Below are positions 48,720 to 58,391 of a stretch of 64,000 nt of DNA, one piece after another. The DNA is from a virus. Each line of letters begins with the position of its first letter. The stretch's first letter is position 1. The notes beneath the pieces are model-generated. The model was not told where the DNA came from and searched no databases. It saw only the letters and a program-made list of their open reading frames with translations. The position numbers and the translations under genes were made by a program. Where the stretch lies: positions 4,492 to 68,491 of IMG/VR virus record IMGVR_UViG_3300030107_003232. The stretch is one strand, 5' to 3'.

Positions 48720-49118
48720 ATGAGCGCGAACAACAGGCGGGTTCGCCGAGCCATAGTTGAGATACTATGGGAACATGGTCCGCTTACGAAAGAGGGTGTG
48801 GCTGAGAAGTTATCCTCTTTGAAGAATGTTCGTGCTGTTCCATCGCCCCACAGTCTGTCGGCTCTCCTCTCTAAGAACTCACAGATTGTAGCGGTAGGTA
48901 GTGAGAAGGTGGAGAACGCAGTAGGTATCAAGGCATCTCATTTGTTGTATGATGTGGATAGAGAAGTTATGAAGTCTAAGGATGATATAGTTTATACCCG
49001 TAGTCCGACCGTTATGACTCCAAAGCAGAAGCGCGAAGCGCGACAATGCACCTGTGGCCGAATGCGTATTTTTCCAACGGATTCGCAGGTCTGCATACAT
49101 TGTCTTCGCAATACTTAA
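48720..49118 (+). CDS. Winged-HTH + Zn-ribbon protein
   Basis: IVEILWEHGPLTKEGVAEKL...PSPHSLSALL; C-terminal CTC...CIHC. Confidence 0.6.
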   Translation: MSANNRRVRRAIVEILWEHGPLTKEGVAEKLSSLKNVRAVPSPHSLSALLSKNSQIVAVGSEKVENAVGIKASHLLYDVDREVMKSKDDIVYTRSPTVMTPKQKREARQCTCGRMRIFPTDSQVCIHCLRNT

Positions 49119-49141
49119 TACAACAGTAGGAGAATGAATAT

Positions 49142-49483
49142 ATGGGGCAAGAGATGCGCGAAGACATCAGTTCCTTAGTATCGAGTATGCTACATACAAA
49201 TACGAGGACAGACCTAAGTAATATACTCACACAAGAGAATATGTTTGATGCCTCACTACTACGCAGTTTTCTTTTAGATTTCCACGAAGACGAGAGCGAG
49301 TTTGAGGAGTTTTTCGTTGATGTCGAGATGGATGAATCTTTCTTACGGGGCTTTATGGCGGGCCTTGTTCAATCTATTATGATAGAGAGAGCGCACGGCG
49401 AAGTCATAGGCAGACTAAGCCACGCTGAGTTTGTTGAATTGTATGATGCCGCCTGTGCTTTCCTCATGGAGTCATCCGTTTAG
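49142..49483 (+). CDS. Acidic hypothetical protein
   Basis: 113-aa ORF. Confidence 0.6.
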   Translation: MGQEMREDISSLVSSMLHTNTRTDLSNILTQENMFDASLLRSFLLDFHEDESEFEEFFVDVEMDESFLRGFMAGLVQSIMIERAHGEVIGRLSHAEFVELYDAACAFLMESSV

Positions 49484-49512
49484 TTTATATCCGTATTCTT
49501 TGACGGGTAATC

Positions 49513-50391
49513 ATGCTTTGGGCGAACAAGTATAGACCTATGACCTTCAATCAGATGGTCGGTGGTGCAAGAAGTCTTGCTCACCTCAAAGAGAATATGC
49601 AACATCTTTTGTTGTATAGTAGGGGTGCGGGAACAGGTAAGACTACATTAGCCCATGTTCTCGCTAACGAGTTGGATTGTCCACTTCATGTATTCAACGC
49701 TTCTTCTAAGAAGACAAGAGGCATAGCATTTGTTGAGCAAGAACTAATACCCCTCACACGCGCAGGTATCAGAAACCAAATCATACTTCTTGATGAGGCA
49801 GACCAATTGACTCACGAAGCACAGTCCGCTCTCAAGGGTGTTATCGAGAATGCCGACGGGTACTTTATTCTTACCTGTAATGATATTAAGAAGGTTAGTG
49901 CGTGGATTCAATCGCGCTGTTTGAAGATTGAGTTCCTACCAATCGCCAAAGGACCAATGATGGAACGCTTAGAGTATATCTGCGGTTCAGAAGGTGTTAA
50001 TATCACCGAGAGTCAGTTGGGCGTTATCTGTGAAGCACACGAAGGCGACCTAAGAAATGCTATCAATGCGCTTCAAGCCTTCGCGTCATTCGATGACCCA
50101 AACAAGGCAACCCAATTCATTAACAGTTTGACTGTGCAAGATTTCGACAGTAAACTTTTCCTAAAACTATGTGTGGCTGAAAGAGATTTGACGAATGCCT
50201 CGTCTATGCTTAACAGCCGAGATACGCGAGAGATAGTGCGTGCGGTGTTTGATTACGCCGTAAGCAGCACGGCCTCTCAAACAGCAAAACTTCAAGTCGT
50301 TGATGCGGCAATAACCGCTGAACGTGATGTCCTTAACGGTGTTGATGAAGACATAATTAAGGCAAACTTCGTGAGGATGCTGATAGGATAA
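49513..50391 (+). CDS. rfcS: Replication factor C small subunit (clamp loader)
   Basis: WANKYRP, GTGKTT, NAS, LDEAD, IQSRC, GDLRNAIN. Confidence 0.95.
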   Translation: MLWANKYRPMTFNQMVGGARSLAHLKENMQHLLLYSRGAGTGKTTLAHVLANELDCPLHVFNASSKKTRGIAFVEQELIPLTRAGIRNQIILLDEADQLTHEAQSALKGVIENADGYFILTCNDIKKVSAWIQSRCLKIEFLPIAKGPMMERLEYICGSEGVNITESQLGVICEAHEGDLRNAINALQAFASFDDPNKATQFINSLTVQDFDSKLFLKLCVAERDLTNASSMLNSRDTREIVRAVFDYAVSSTASQTAKLQVVDAAITAERDVLNGVDEDIIKANFVRMLIG

Positions 50392-50441
50392 TCTTTATAT
50401 CCGTAATCATTTGACGACTTGATAGAACAAAGGTGAAATAG

Positions 50442-51605
50442 ATGTCTGATGAGATGCTAAACAATATCGCTAAAACATTGAATGTCGCACCCGAAACGGT
50501 GCGTGCGAGGGCTGATGAAGTCCTTGCAGAACAGGGAGCAGCATGGCGAAATGCTGGTCGTTCAGAAGAAGACTGTTTTATTCTCGCGTTGAGAGTAGCA
50601 GGTCGCAACATTACTTCTGAAAATGCACGACTACGCCGCGCCCGCGCTGATACATACGAAGGTATGTTCATTAGTGTCCCACGACCGAAGGAATGGGGTA
50701 AGATTCTATACAATAAGATGAAGAATCAATTGACTACCGCTTCTGCCGAAGTCCGGCAGACCTTCGTTGATAACGGCTCAGTAGTTCTCTTTGAGGATAA
50801 CCACGACGGTTCATACACCCGCCTAAGCGCCGAGCAATACGGACAGGCAGAAAGCGATGTATCTTCACTACCGAAGCACACTATGCAGTTAGATTCTAAT
50901 ACACATTTCTATGTTGTATGGGATAAAAACAACCCGACTTTCCCGTCCGGCGATGCTAACTTCAAGTATGGACAGCCACGCCCACAGGATGAAAGAGAGC
51001 GAACCTGTCTATTCTATGGTCGCATGGTTGGTAGCAACGACCTACAATTGATTCAGGTTAGCGGTAGCGGAAAGGCGGCTGATAATCAGTTCCCTACCTT
51101 CACACCACTAACAATACCACTACGAACCGGAAAGAATGGTCGCGCTTATCTAAATGCTGATGTGTCTAAACCAACAATTAACTTAGACCTTGCTTCAATG
51201 TATGAAGGCTCTCCTTTGGATATGCTACCTGCTCTAATAGGCGAAGAAAACATCTTACCTTCGCTATCTGCGCTCGGTCAATACTACGACCAATACAACG
51301 GCACAGATGGTTGGTGGGATAGAATGTGTGCTACTGTTGTTGAAGTGAATCACATTGACCCGCGAGATAAAGGCGGTTGCATTTTGGTCTGTGGCGACAC
51401 CGACCTAATGTCTATGGCCGGAACAATAGACATCTATTGCGATGATATTCCCCCGCTCGGTGTTGGCTCACAATTGCTTGTCGTAGGACAGGCATGGCGA
51501 ACCCGCGAAGACGAAGACCGTATGACCGTAAATGGTTGGTGGCCTTCTAATGTGGTTGAGCCTATGGTTGAGCCTTCTGCATCTGATGATGACGGGTGGG
51601 AGTGA
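50442..51605 (+). CDS. Putative OB-fold ssDNA-binding protein (RPA-like)
   Basis: Replication-module position; OB-like strands (GTIDIYC...VGSQLLVVGQ); acidic DDDGWE tail. Confidence 0.55.
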   Translation: MSDEMLNNIAKTLNVAPETVRARADEVLAEQGAAWRNAGRSEEDCFILALRVAGRNITSENARLRRARADTYEGMFISVPRPKEWGKILYNKMKNQLTTASAEVRQTFVDNGSVVLFEDNHDGSYTRLSAEQYGQAESDVSSLPKHTMQLDSNTHFYVVWDKNNPTFPSGDANFKYGQPRPQDERERTCLFYGRMVGSNDLQLIQVSGSGKAADNQFPTFTPLTIPLRTGKNGRAYLNADVSKPTINLDLASMYEGSPLDMLPALIGEENILPSLSALGQYYDQYNGTDGWWDRMCATVVEVNHIDPRDKGGCILVCGDTDLMSMAGTIDIYCDDIPPLGVGSQLLVVGQAWRTREDEDRMTVNGWWPSNVVEPMVEPSASDDDGWE

Positions 51606-51608
51606 GTA

Positions 51609-51905
51609 ATGAGTGCGAGTTGGAGGGCCGTTGGCGAATTTGTCCTTCTAAAGAAGGATAATGTAGTTAATGAGATGGGACTTATCGTTGATACTAACTA
51701 TTGTGTTAAAAGTATTGGTGATACAGTTCCTCTTAGGTTGAACAGAAACGACATGGTAGTCGTTAATGATGGTGCAGCCATAACTCCGCTAACGGCCTCC
51801 AACCGCCTCAATCTATTTATTGTGCATTACAAAGACATAGTGGCGAGAGATGTCGCCGAAGAAATATCTTATGTCGGTGATGCTATGCACGATGATTTTA
51901 TCTGA
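51609..51905 (+). CDS. groES: GroES-like co-chaperonin
   Basis: 98 aa directly before GroEL; RAVGEFVLL, GLI, VKSIG, IVHYKDIVA match the Cpn10 pattern. Confidence 0.7.
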   Translation: MSASWRAVGEFVLLKKDNVVNEMGLIVDTNYCVKSIGDTVPLRLNRNDMVVVNDGAAITPLTASNRLNLFIVHYKDIVARDVAEEISYVGDAMHDDFI

Positions 51906-51914
51906 GGTATATTT

Positions 51915-53432
51915 ATGGAAACTATACTAACGGGGGCAGAAGCCCGCTCAAAACTCTTAGTCGGTGTGAATAAGTTAGCGAACTCTATCAAGGGAACGCT
52001 CGGCCCAAACGCACGGACTGTTGTAATACAGAACCCTATGGGTGGTATGCCCGTCATAATCAATGACGGTGTATCTATTGCCCGTATGGTGAATGATAAA
52101 GACCCGTATGTGCAGATGGGGATTGACCTATTGAAAGAGGTTGCATCCGAAGCACAGCAGAAGTCGGGCGATGGAACTACGAGCGCGACTCTCATAGCAC
52201 AGGCGCTATGTAATGGTTCGCTAACTTTGATGGAGAACGGCACATCGCCTCTCGTCATTAGGGATGCTTTGAAGTCCTACTTAGCGGCCACAGAAGAATA
52301 TGTGCGTGAGTCAGCAATAGAGGACTTTGACCTAAAGGATGTCGCTACTATCGCGGCTAACAATGACGCGGAACTCGGAGAGTTGATTGCGGGTGTCGTC
52401 AAGAGAGGACACGGTATAACAATCGAGCGGTCGCCTACGAGCGAAACCTATGTTAAGAAAGCAAGTGGTTTTGAGATGAACGCGGGTTATGCGCACGCAT
52501 TGATGGCGAATGCGCCGCGCGCTAAATGTGAGTTTGAGAACCCTATGGTTCTAACTACTACCGAAAAAATATCCACATTCAATGCTTTAGTTCCGGCGCT
52601 TGAAGGCGCAGTAAAGCAGAACAAACCTTTGGTTGTCTTCTGTTCCGATTTCAACGGACAGATGTTGCAGAATCTTTTGGTAAATATAGTTCAAGGTAAG
52701 GTATCTGTATGTATGATTAAGCCCGCAGGTATGCCCGAACAACAGCAAGCATGGCTTGAAGATGTGGCGGCGGCTACGGGTGCTAAACTATTCAAGGTAT
52801 CTCTCAATGAATCTATCGTAAATATAACTTCTGATGATTTGGGTTCGTGTGAAAAGTTCGTATCTTCTCAGACCGATACTATTCTTACCTTAAAATCAAC
52901 ACATGAGTTAGAAAAATATGTTGATGGGTTAGAAGACTTAGGACTTGAAGCCGAGAATGATTGGCTCGCGGAACAGTATTCCAACCGAGCAAAAAGACTC
53001 GGTAAGGGCATCTCCACAATTTATGTTGGAGGTGCTTCTGAAATAGAACAGGTTGAAACTAAAGAGAGGGTTGATGACGCAGTTAATGCGTGCAAACTCG
53101 CTCTTAGTTCCGGTGTAGTCATCGGCGGGGGCGCAACATTATATGGGGCGGCTAACGAACTCGATGAACACGGAGATGTAGCAGACCTGTTTAGGGATGC
53201 GTTGAAGACACCGCTTAGAACTATTATAAGCAACACGGGTGATGAACCAAACTTAGGCTTAATTTTAAGTGGGGAAAATTATGTGTGTGGTAAAACCGCC
53301 GAAACCCGTAATGCTATCGAGGATGGCGTGCTTGACCCTATGCAGGTAGTCTTGAACAGCCTTGAAAGCGCAGTATCAATCGCGGCATTGGTCTTGATGA
53401 CCGATGCGGCTATCATCGCACCGAGCGATTAG
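51915..53432 (+). CDS. groEL: Group I chaperonin GroEL
   Basis: GVNKLANSIKGTLGP, NDGVSIAR, GDGTTSAT, VGGASEIEQVETKERVDDA, GGG, GVLDP. Confidence 0.95.
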   Translation: METILTGAEARSKLLVGVNKLANSIKGTLGPNARTVVIQNPMGGMPVIINDGVSIARMVNDKDPYVQMGIDLLKEVASEAQQKSGDGTTSATLIAQALCNGSLTLMENGTSPLVIRDALKSYLAATEEYVRESAIEDFDLKDVATIAANNDAELGELIAGVVKRGHGITIERSPTSETYVKKASGFEMNAGYAHALMANAPRAKCEFENPMVLTTTEKISTFNALVPALEGAVKQNKPLVVFCSDFNGQMLQNLLVNIVQGKVSVCMIKPAGMPEQQQAWLEDVAAATGAKLFKVSLNESIVNITSDDLGSCEKFVSSQTDTILTLKSTHELEKYVDGLEDLGLEAENDWLAEQYSNRAKRLGKGISTIYVGGASEIEQVETKERVDDAVNACKLALSSGVVIGGGATLYGAANELDEHGDVADLFRDALKTPLRTIISNTGDEPNLGLILSGENYVCGKTAETRNAIEDGVLDPMQVVLNSLESAVSIAALVLMTDAAIIAPSD

Positions 53433-53461
53433 TTTATATCCGTAATAGATGAGGGAATAAT

Positions 53462-54406
53462 ATGAGTTGGGGAACGCAAGCACCACAGCAGAAAGCAGAA
53501 ACAAAGACCGCAGAACCGAAGATGCAGTTCGATGAGAACTACTATCGGAATCTGTTTGATAATAACCGTGTGAATACTATTCAGCACCGCATGGCTTTTG
53601 TCGGGCATGAGAATACTCTCAAGACCGGACTCGCCCTGTCGTTGTTAGAAGAAGAAATCAATGCGGGTAAAACCGTGTATCTTTTCGATATAGATAACTC
53701 GGCTAAATCAACCGTTGATGTTGTTTATCCTAACAACCCGAACATTGTAGTGCTACCACTACATGATGAAACCGATGACTCTATCTTCGATGAGGATAAC
53801 AATGTGGATTTCAAAGCCTTGCTCGATAAGACTTCGTGGTATGTAAATATACTTGCTGATAAAGTCAATGCCGACCCCGAATCAATTGGTGGTATCATCT
53901 TTGACGGAGGCTCGACATTCCTTAAGTGGTGTGAACACGCCATGCGTAAGTCGTTGCTATCACGGGGTATCATTGAAACCGAAGACGGCACATTCAATCA
54001 GAAGGAATGGAGAGAGCGCAACAGGCTTTATCGAAATGTCCTGACCCGCCTACACAGCCTCAATGTGGCTAAGGTGTATTTCACTTTCCACCTAAAGGCC
54101 GTGTCCGAGTATTTAGATGACGGCACAGGTAAGAAGGTTCTAATGACTGTCGGCCACAGGCCGGAGTGGGAGAAGGGAACTATGAGAAAATTCTCACAAC
54201 AGATATTCCTATCACGATACCAAAAGAAGGCTGACTTAGCCGCAGGTGTCGAAGGCGATAGAAACCTCAAGGATGGCGAGTGGGTTGTCCGAGCAAAGAT
54301 TGAGGAGATGAAGGGCGAACACATCGAAAAGGTTGGTTCTATTCACGACATCGCACGAATCAAGGATGGAAAGTTTGAGTTCGTTGGTCTTGAGTGGTTG
54401 AAGTGA
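53462..54406 (+). CDS. P-loop ATPase (RecA/Sak4-like)
   Basis: GHENTLKTG variant Walker A, LFDID, IIFDG Walker B, FTFH. Confidence 0.65.
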   Translation: MSWGTQAPQQKAETKTAEPKMQFDENYYRNLFDNNRVNTIQHRMAFVGHENTLKTGLALSLLEEEINAGKTVYLFDIDNSAKSTVDVVYPNNPNIVVLPLHDETDDSIFDEDNNVDFKALLDKTSWYVNILADKVNADPESIGGIIFDGGSTFLKWCEHAMRKSLLSRGIIETEDGTFNQKEWRERNRLYRNVLTRLHSLNVAKVYFTFHLKAVSEYLDDGTGKKVLMTVGHRPEWEKGTMRKFSQQIFLSRYQKKADLAAGVEGDRNLKDGEWVVRAKIEEMKGEHIEKVGSIHDIARIKDGKFEFVGLEWLK

Positions 54407-55218
54407 TTACGGCTGATACTGATTCATTGAGATGGCTTCTCACGCTTGCTCAACGCAAGCATACAATTGACGGCTCAAGCCACGCGCAACTGTATAGTGT
54501 TATCCTAAAAGCAAGTGGGGGTCGCCTCTCATTCTGCTCTTTGGTAAAGGATGGCGTATCTTCATTGATGCGTCTATCTATCCCCTGTGCGGGAGAAGGA
54601 GAAGTCGTCATCACCGACATAGACACAACATTGGGTGTCTTGAAGTATCACGGCGGAGTCTTGACTATCACCCCTTCACAGGATAAGGTTAGGTTCAAGT
54701 CTTCTAACAAACAGACTACACTATCCGCGAGTAAAGAGGCTAAGGCTTTCCCACACACCCCATCAACAATTGCACAATGGGCTGAGAAGTCTAATACTCT
54801 TGCGGAAAAAATAAATGTTGATGACTTGACCTATACGACTAATGATAGTAATAAGATAAAAACAACATGGGACTTTTCCGACATAGGCACTACCGCTCTT
54901 TACGAGGCATTCCGGTGCGACTCTATGAACGGACAGAAGTTCAACAAATACGAAGTTTTGTTTGACTCACCTGCCGATTTGGAAATAAGAGTCGGTGGCG
55001 AACTAAAGGGTAAGACGCACACGATGATAAAGGACATACATTGTAATACTGACTATGGGTTTTGTGCTACCTATGGTGGCGGCCTTGAGCATATCTTTCA
55101 ACACTTGAACAGCGACATAGGCATCCATGTTTGGGATTTCACAGAAGCGGGTATGGGCTACCCTATGTTAATCACGCTTGGAGATGGCGATTACATCTTT
55201 CAAGCATCACATCTTTAG
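54403..55218 (+). CDS. Putative divergent PCNA-like sliding clamp
   Basis: About 270 aa alpha/beta protein ending YPMLITL...YIFQA, in a module with RFC and PolB. Confidence 0.55.
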   Translation: MITADTDSLRWLLTLAQRKHTIDGSSHAQLYSVILKASGGRLSFCSLVKDGVSSLMRLSIPCAGEGEVVITDIDTTLGVLKYHGGVLTITPSQDKVRFKSSNKQTTLSASKEAKAFPHTPSTIAQWAEKSNTLAEKINVDDLTYTTNDSNKIKTTWDFSDIGTTALYEAFRCDSMNGQKFNKYEVLFDSPADLEIRVGGELKGKTHTMIKDIHCNTDYGFCATYGGGLEHIFQHLNSDIGIHVWDFTEAGMGYPMLITLGDGDYIFQASHL

Positions 55219-55226
55219 GTGATATT

Positions 55227-55502
55227 ATGCCGATTTGGGATTTAGATGTTTTAAGAAGCAGAAAAATAGGTAAGCAGAAGGTAGCATTTCTTATAAATCA
55301 AATCAGATTACCGCCGAGCGGAACTGAAATAATCACATGGAGAGATGAAGACGGTTTGCGATATGTCGCTAATGTAAAGGTTAGGGTTGAATTAGACCCC
55401 GACTATGAAAAGATGTTCGCGTTGAGTATGGAGAAAAGGCAAGACGAAGTGTTTATATCCGAGAACTTAGGAACACAAAACGAAAACGAGGACTTAACAT
55501 GA
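55227..55502 (+). CDS. Hypothetical protein
   Basis: GGTGA SD before MPIWDL. Confidence 0.6.
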   Translation: MPIWDLDVLRSRKIGKQKVAFLINQIRLPPSGTEIITWRDEDGLRYVANVKVRVELDPDYEKMFALSMEKRQDEVFISENLGTQNENEDLT

Positions 55503-55687
55503 TAGATACTAAAGACGGAAATTGGCGCAAGGTGCAAACCGAAAGCGGAATGACTTACTTAAAGAGAAGTGAAGTCGCCGCCATAACGAAGAAAGAAAAC
55601 GATTACGACATACACATGGCTTCGGGAACTATCTTCACTACACCGCACTTAATGCCGTTTATGCAAGACATAATAACGATGGCGTGA
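55499..55687 (+). CDS. Small hypothetical protein
   Basis: 62 aa; GAGG SD. Confidence 0.55.
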   Translation: MIDTKDGNWRKVQTESGMTYLKRSEVAAITKKENDYDIHMASGTIFTTPHLMPFMQDIITMA

Positions 55688-55691
55688 TACT

Positions 55692-55856
55692 ATGGGACAA
55701 TACACACCACCGATGATGGCCTGTAATAACTGCGGGTCGAGGTTTTCTTGGCTGTTTATTGATAACATAGCAGAAGGCGACTTATATGAATGCGAGAACT
55801 GTAATAACATTATCCTAAAAAGAAACGAAGTGGTCGAAGATGATAATAGAACGTAA
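55692..55856 (+). CDS. 54-aa Zn-ribbon protein
   Basis: CNNC...CENC; overlaps polB start; below the ORF-track cutoff. Confidence 0.55.
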   Translation: MGQYTPPMMACNNCGSRFSWLFIDNIAEGDLYECENCNNIILKRNEVVEDDNRT

Positions 55857-58065
55857 AGGTAGGAATGTTATCGTTAGAGGTCGTGATAATGCTGGTAAAA
55901 GATACGAAAAAAGTATTACGGGTCATTTTCCATATTGTTTTGTTAAGACTGAGGATGCCGATTACGCCGCCGAAGGAATAGCGGTTCAGCACGGCTACAC
56001 GGGCCTTTATGGTGAAGAACTATCTAAGATTACTTGCGCGTCTGACTATGATGTAAAACAGTTGGCTAAACGCGAGCAGACATGGGAGGGCAACCTGCCT
56101 TATGTAAATCAAGTGCTGGCTGACTATATCAACGAAGGCAACCCGCGTTTTGAAAACTACAAGCACCGCACATGGTATCTCGATGCCGAGTGGTCGCCAA
56201 CAACAGGAAAAATGAGATGTATTGTAGTTTATGATAACTTTACCGACAAAGAATATGTGTGGTTTGTGCATCACGGCATAGAAGAAGAAAAAGATGGTAA
56301 GGGCGTGCCGTTCAAGACTTTCGGGGATTTTGAATATAAATCACCCGCTATGGCTTTTCCTTCTGAGAAATCTATGCTTATCCATTTCCTGCGACATATC
56401 AAGTCTTGCGACCCCGATATAATCACCGGATGGTATGTGGTCGGAGCAGACGTTAAGACAATCATAGAGAGGTGTCGTGCTAACGGTCTTTCCGAGTATT
56501 CTCTCTCGCCTATGCGTAAGATACGATACGAGTTCAAAGATTGGTCGCAACCTATTGTTGGTCGCAATTGTATAGATTTAATGGTAGGTGTTGCTAAGTT
56601 ATGGGAATTGAAGAATGGAAAACTCCCGTCATACAAACTCGATGATGTCGCCTACGAAATCTTAGGGGAAAAGAAAGTCGAGTTGGAACATGGACACGAT
56701 ACATGGTTTGAAGATAAACCGTTGTATATCCACTACTGCCGTCAAGATGTTCGCCTGTTGCCCAAATTAGATGAGGCGGTTAATGCTCTCGACTACTACA
56801 CATCGCTACAACATATCGTTCAATGCGATATTCGTTCAACGGCTTTCATCACACAGATGTTTACGCAGTTAGTCCTAACAGACCCTGACTTTGACCGAAG
56901 AATACCATCAAAGCCACAGTTCGATAAGGTGGATTACGAGGGCGCAGACATCTTAGATGTGAATGCTGGTGTGTATGATAACGTAGGTATCTTAGATATT
57001 AGGGCCATGTATCACAGCAACGCAGATAAATATAACATTTCATGGGACACCTTAGATGAAAACGGGCAAGATTGCGGGAACGGAACTAAGTTCCATCAGG
57101 GCGAGAAAGGTTTGTTGGTTCGACAGATGGATAAGATGACCGAACTCAGAACTACCTTTAAGTTGAAAATGCTTATGAGCGAAGGAAAGAAAAGGGCGAA
57201 GTGGGATTGTATGCAGTTCGCCGCTAAAACTCTCGTTGCTTCTATGTATGGAGTGGCGGGAGATGCTAAGTATGGAATGTATCATCCCGAAATAGCCGCC
57301 GCTATTACCCACACATCACGAAACACTTTGGGTGAGTTGATGGTTGAAGCACAGCGAGTAGGCTTCGATGTAATTTATGGACATACCGACTCAGTATTCT
57401 GCGCTATACCTTCTCCCGAAAAAGGTATGGAACTTTTACCGCAAATAAACGAGAGAATGTCGCCTATCGTGGTTGAGTTTGAGAAATGGTGTAGCCGACT
57501 TATCATGGTTGCTAAGAACCGCTATACAGGTAGGGTCGCATGGACCGACGGCGAATACCATGAGCCAAACATTTACGTTAAAGGTATTGAGATGAAACAG
57601 TCGAGGATGCCGCCCGTGATGAAAGAAGCCATGACTACTACCATATCCGGCATACTAAATGGGGAATCTGAAATCCTTATCACAGCGCGAAATTTATCTC
57701 TAATAGCCGACATATTAGGGGGTAAAATAGACCCGTTAGAATTGTGTATGAAAGGAAAGATAGAGCGCGACCTTTCCAAGTATAAAGTTCTCTCCGGTTC
57801 GTCTGCGGCGGCGGCATGGGCCAACGAGTTCTTAGGTAAGGGGTATCGAAGCGGCTCATTTTTCTTGGTTAGTATCAACGAAGACGGTAAATACATTGGT
57901 TTTGACGAGCCTTCGGACATAGAAGGTATAACTAACATTGGCGCAAAAGTAATGACGGATAGATTTATCATAAAGAAAATACTACCGTACTACGAATTAG
58001 CGGGTTGGGATGCACAGCCTCTCTTAAATGCACAGAACGGTTTGGCTATGCACCAATGGATATAG
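55840..58065 (+). CDS. polB: Family B DNA polymerase
   Basis: Exo motifs YLDAE, DPDIITGW, YCRQD; polymerase motifs DIRAMYHS, KTLVASMYG, YGHTDS, KNRY, KGIE. Confidence 0.97.
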   Translation: MIIERKGRNVIVRGRDNAGKRYEKSITGHFPYCFVKTEDADYAAEGIAVQHGYTGLYGEELSKITCASDYDVKQLAKREQTWEGNLPYVNQVLADYINEGNPRFENYKHRTWYLDAEWSPTTGKMRCIVVYDNFTDKEYVWFVHHGIEEEKDGKGVPFKTFGDFEYKSPAMAFPSEKSMLIHFLRHIKSCDPDIITGWYVVGADVKTIIERCRANGLSEYSLSPMRKIRYEFKDWSQPIVGRNCIDLMVGVAKLWELKNGKLPSYKLDDVAYEILGEKKVELEHGHDTWFEDKPLYIHYCRQDVRLLPKLDEAVNALDYYTSLQHIVQCDIRSTAFITQMFTQLVLTDPDFDRRIPSKPQFDKVDYEGADILDVNAGVYDNVGILDIRAMYHSNADKYNISWDTLDENGQDCGNGTKFHQGEKGLLVRQMDKMTELRTTFKLKMLMSEGKKRAKWDCMQFAAKTLVASMYGVAGDAKYGMYHPEIAAAITHTSRNTLGELMVEAQRVGFDVIYGHTDSVFCAIPSPEKGMELLPQINERMSPIVVEFEKWCSRLIMVAKNRYTGRVAWTDGEYHEPNIYVKGIEMKQSRMPPVMKEAMTTTISGILNGESEILITARNLSLIADILGGKIDPLELCMKGKIERDLSKYKVLSGSSAAAAWANEFLGKGYRSGSFFLVSINEDGKYIGFDEPSDIEGITNIGAKVMTDRFIIKKILPYYELAGWDAQPLLNAQNGLAMHQWI

Positions 58066-58100
58066 AATTGTTTATATGCGTGATAAAGTGAGGAGATAGT

Positions 58101-58391
58101 ATGGCTAAGAAAGTAAATGCAGAAGACTTTGAGATATTTATTAGAGAGGTGGCTGCGGCTATCACTATGATAGGCACGGATTTAGGAAAAATGCAAACGC
58201 TATTGTATGCAAGTCTGAATCAACAGGGGTTTATCAATGAGATAAAGTGTCCTCATTGTAAAGAGGAATTGATGATACCTACCTTGCCGGACATAGAGCA
58301 AAGCGATAAATGCCCTGCTTGCGGCGAGAACATTCACGAAGGCACACAGACTACCTTTGAAACATGGGATTCCGGCGGCGAAGAAGAATGA
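58101..58391 (+). CDS. Zn-ribbon protein
   Basis: CPHC...CPAC. Confidence 0.7.
   Translation: MAKKVNAEDFEIFIREVAAAITMIGTDLGKMQTLLYASLNQQGFINEIKCPHCKEELMIPTLPDIEQSDKCPACGENIHEGTQTTFETWDSGGEEE

Larger units (their letters stand above)
49484..58080 (+). promoter_or_regulatory. Replication-gene promoter motif TTTATATCCG (5 copies)
   Basis: At 49484, 50394, 53433, 55452 and 58071 (TTTATATGCG), each upstream of a gene start. Confidence 0.75.

Noticed and set aside
55840-58065. Intein or intron in PolB (also checked terL and the helicase)
   Set aside because: Lengths and motif spacing are compact; no intein-like insertion seen.
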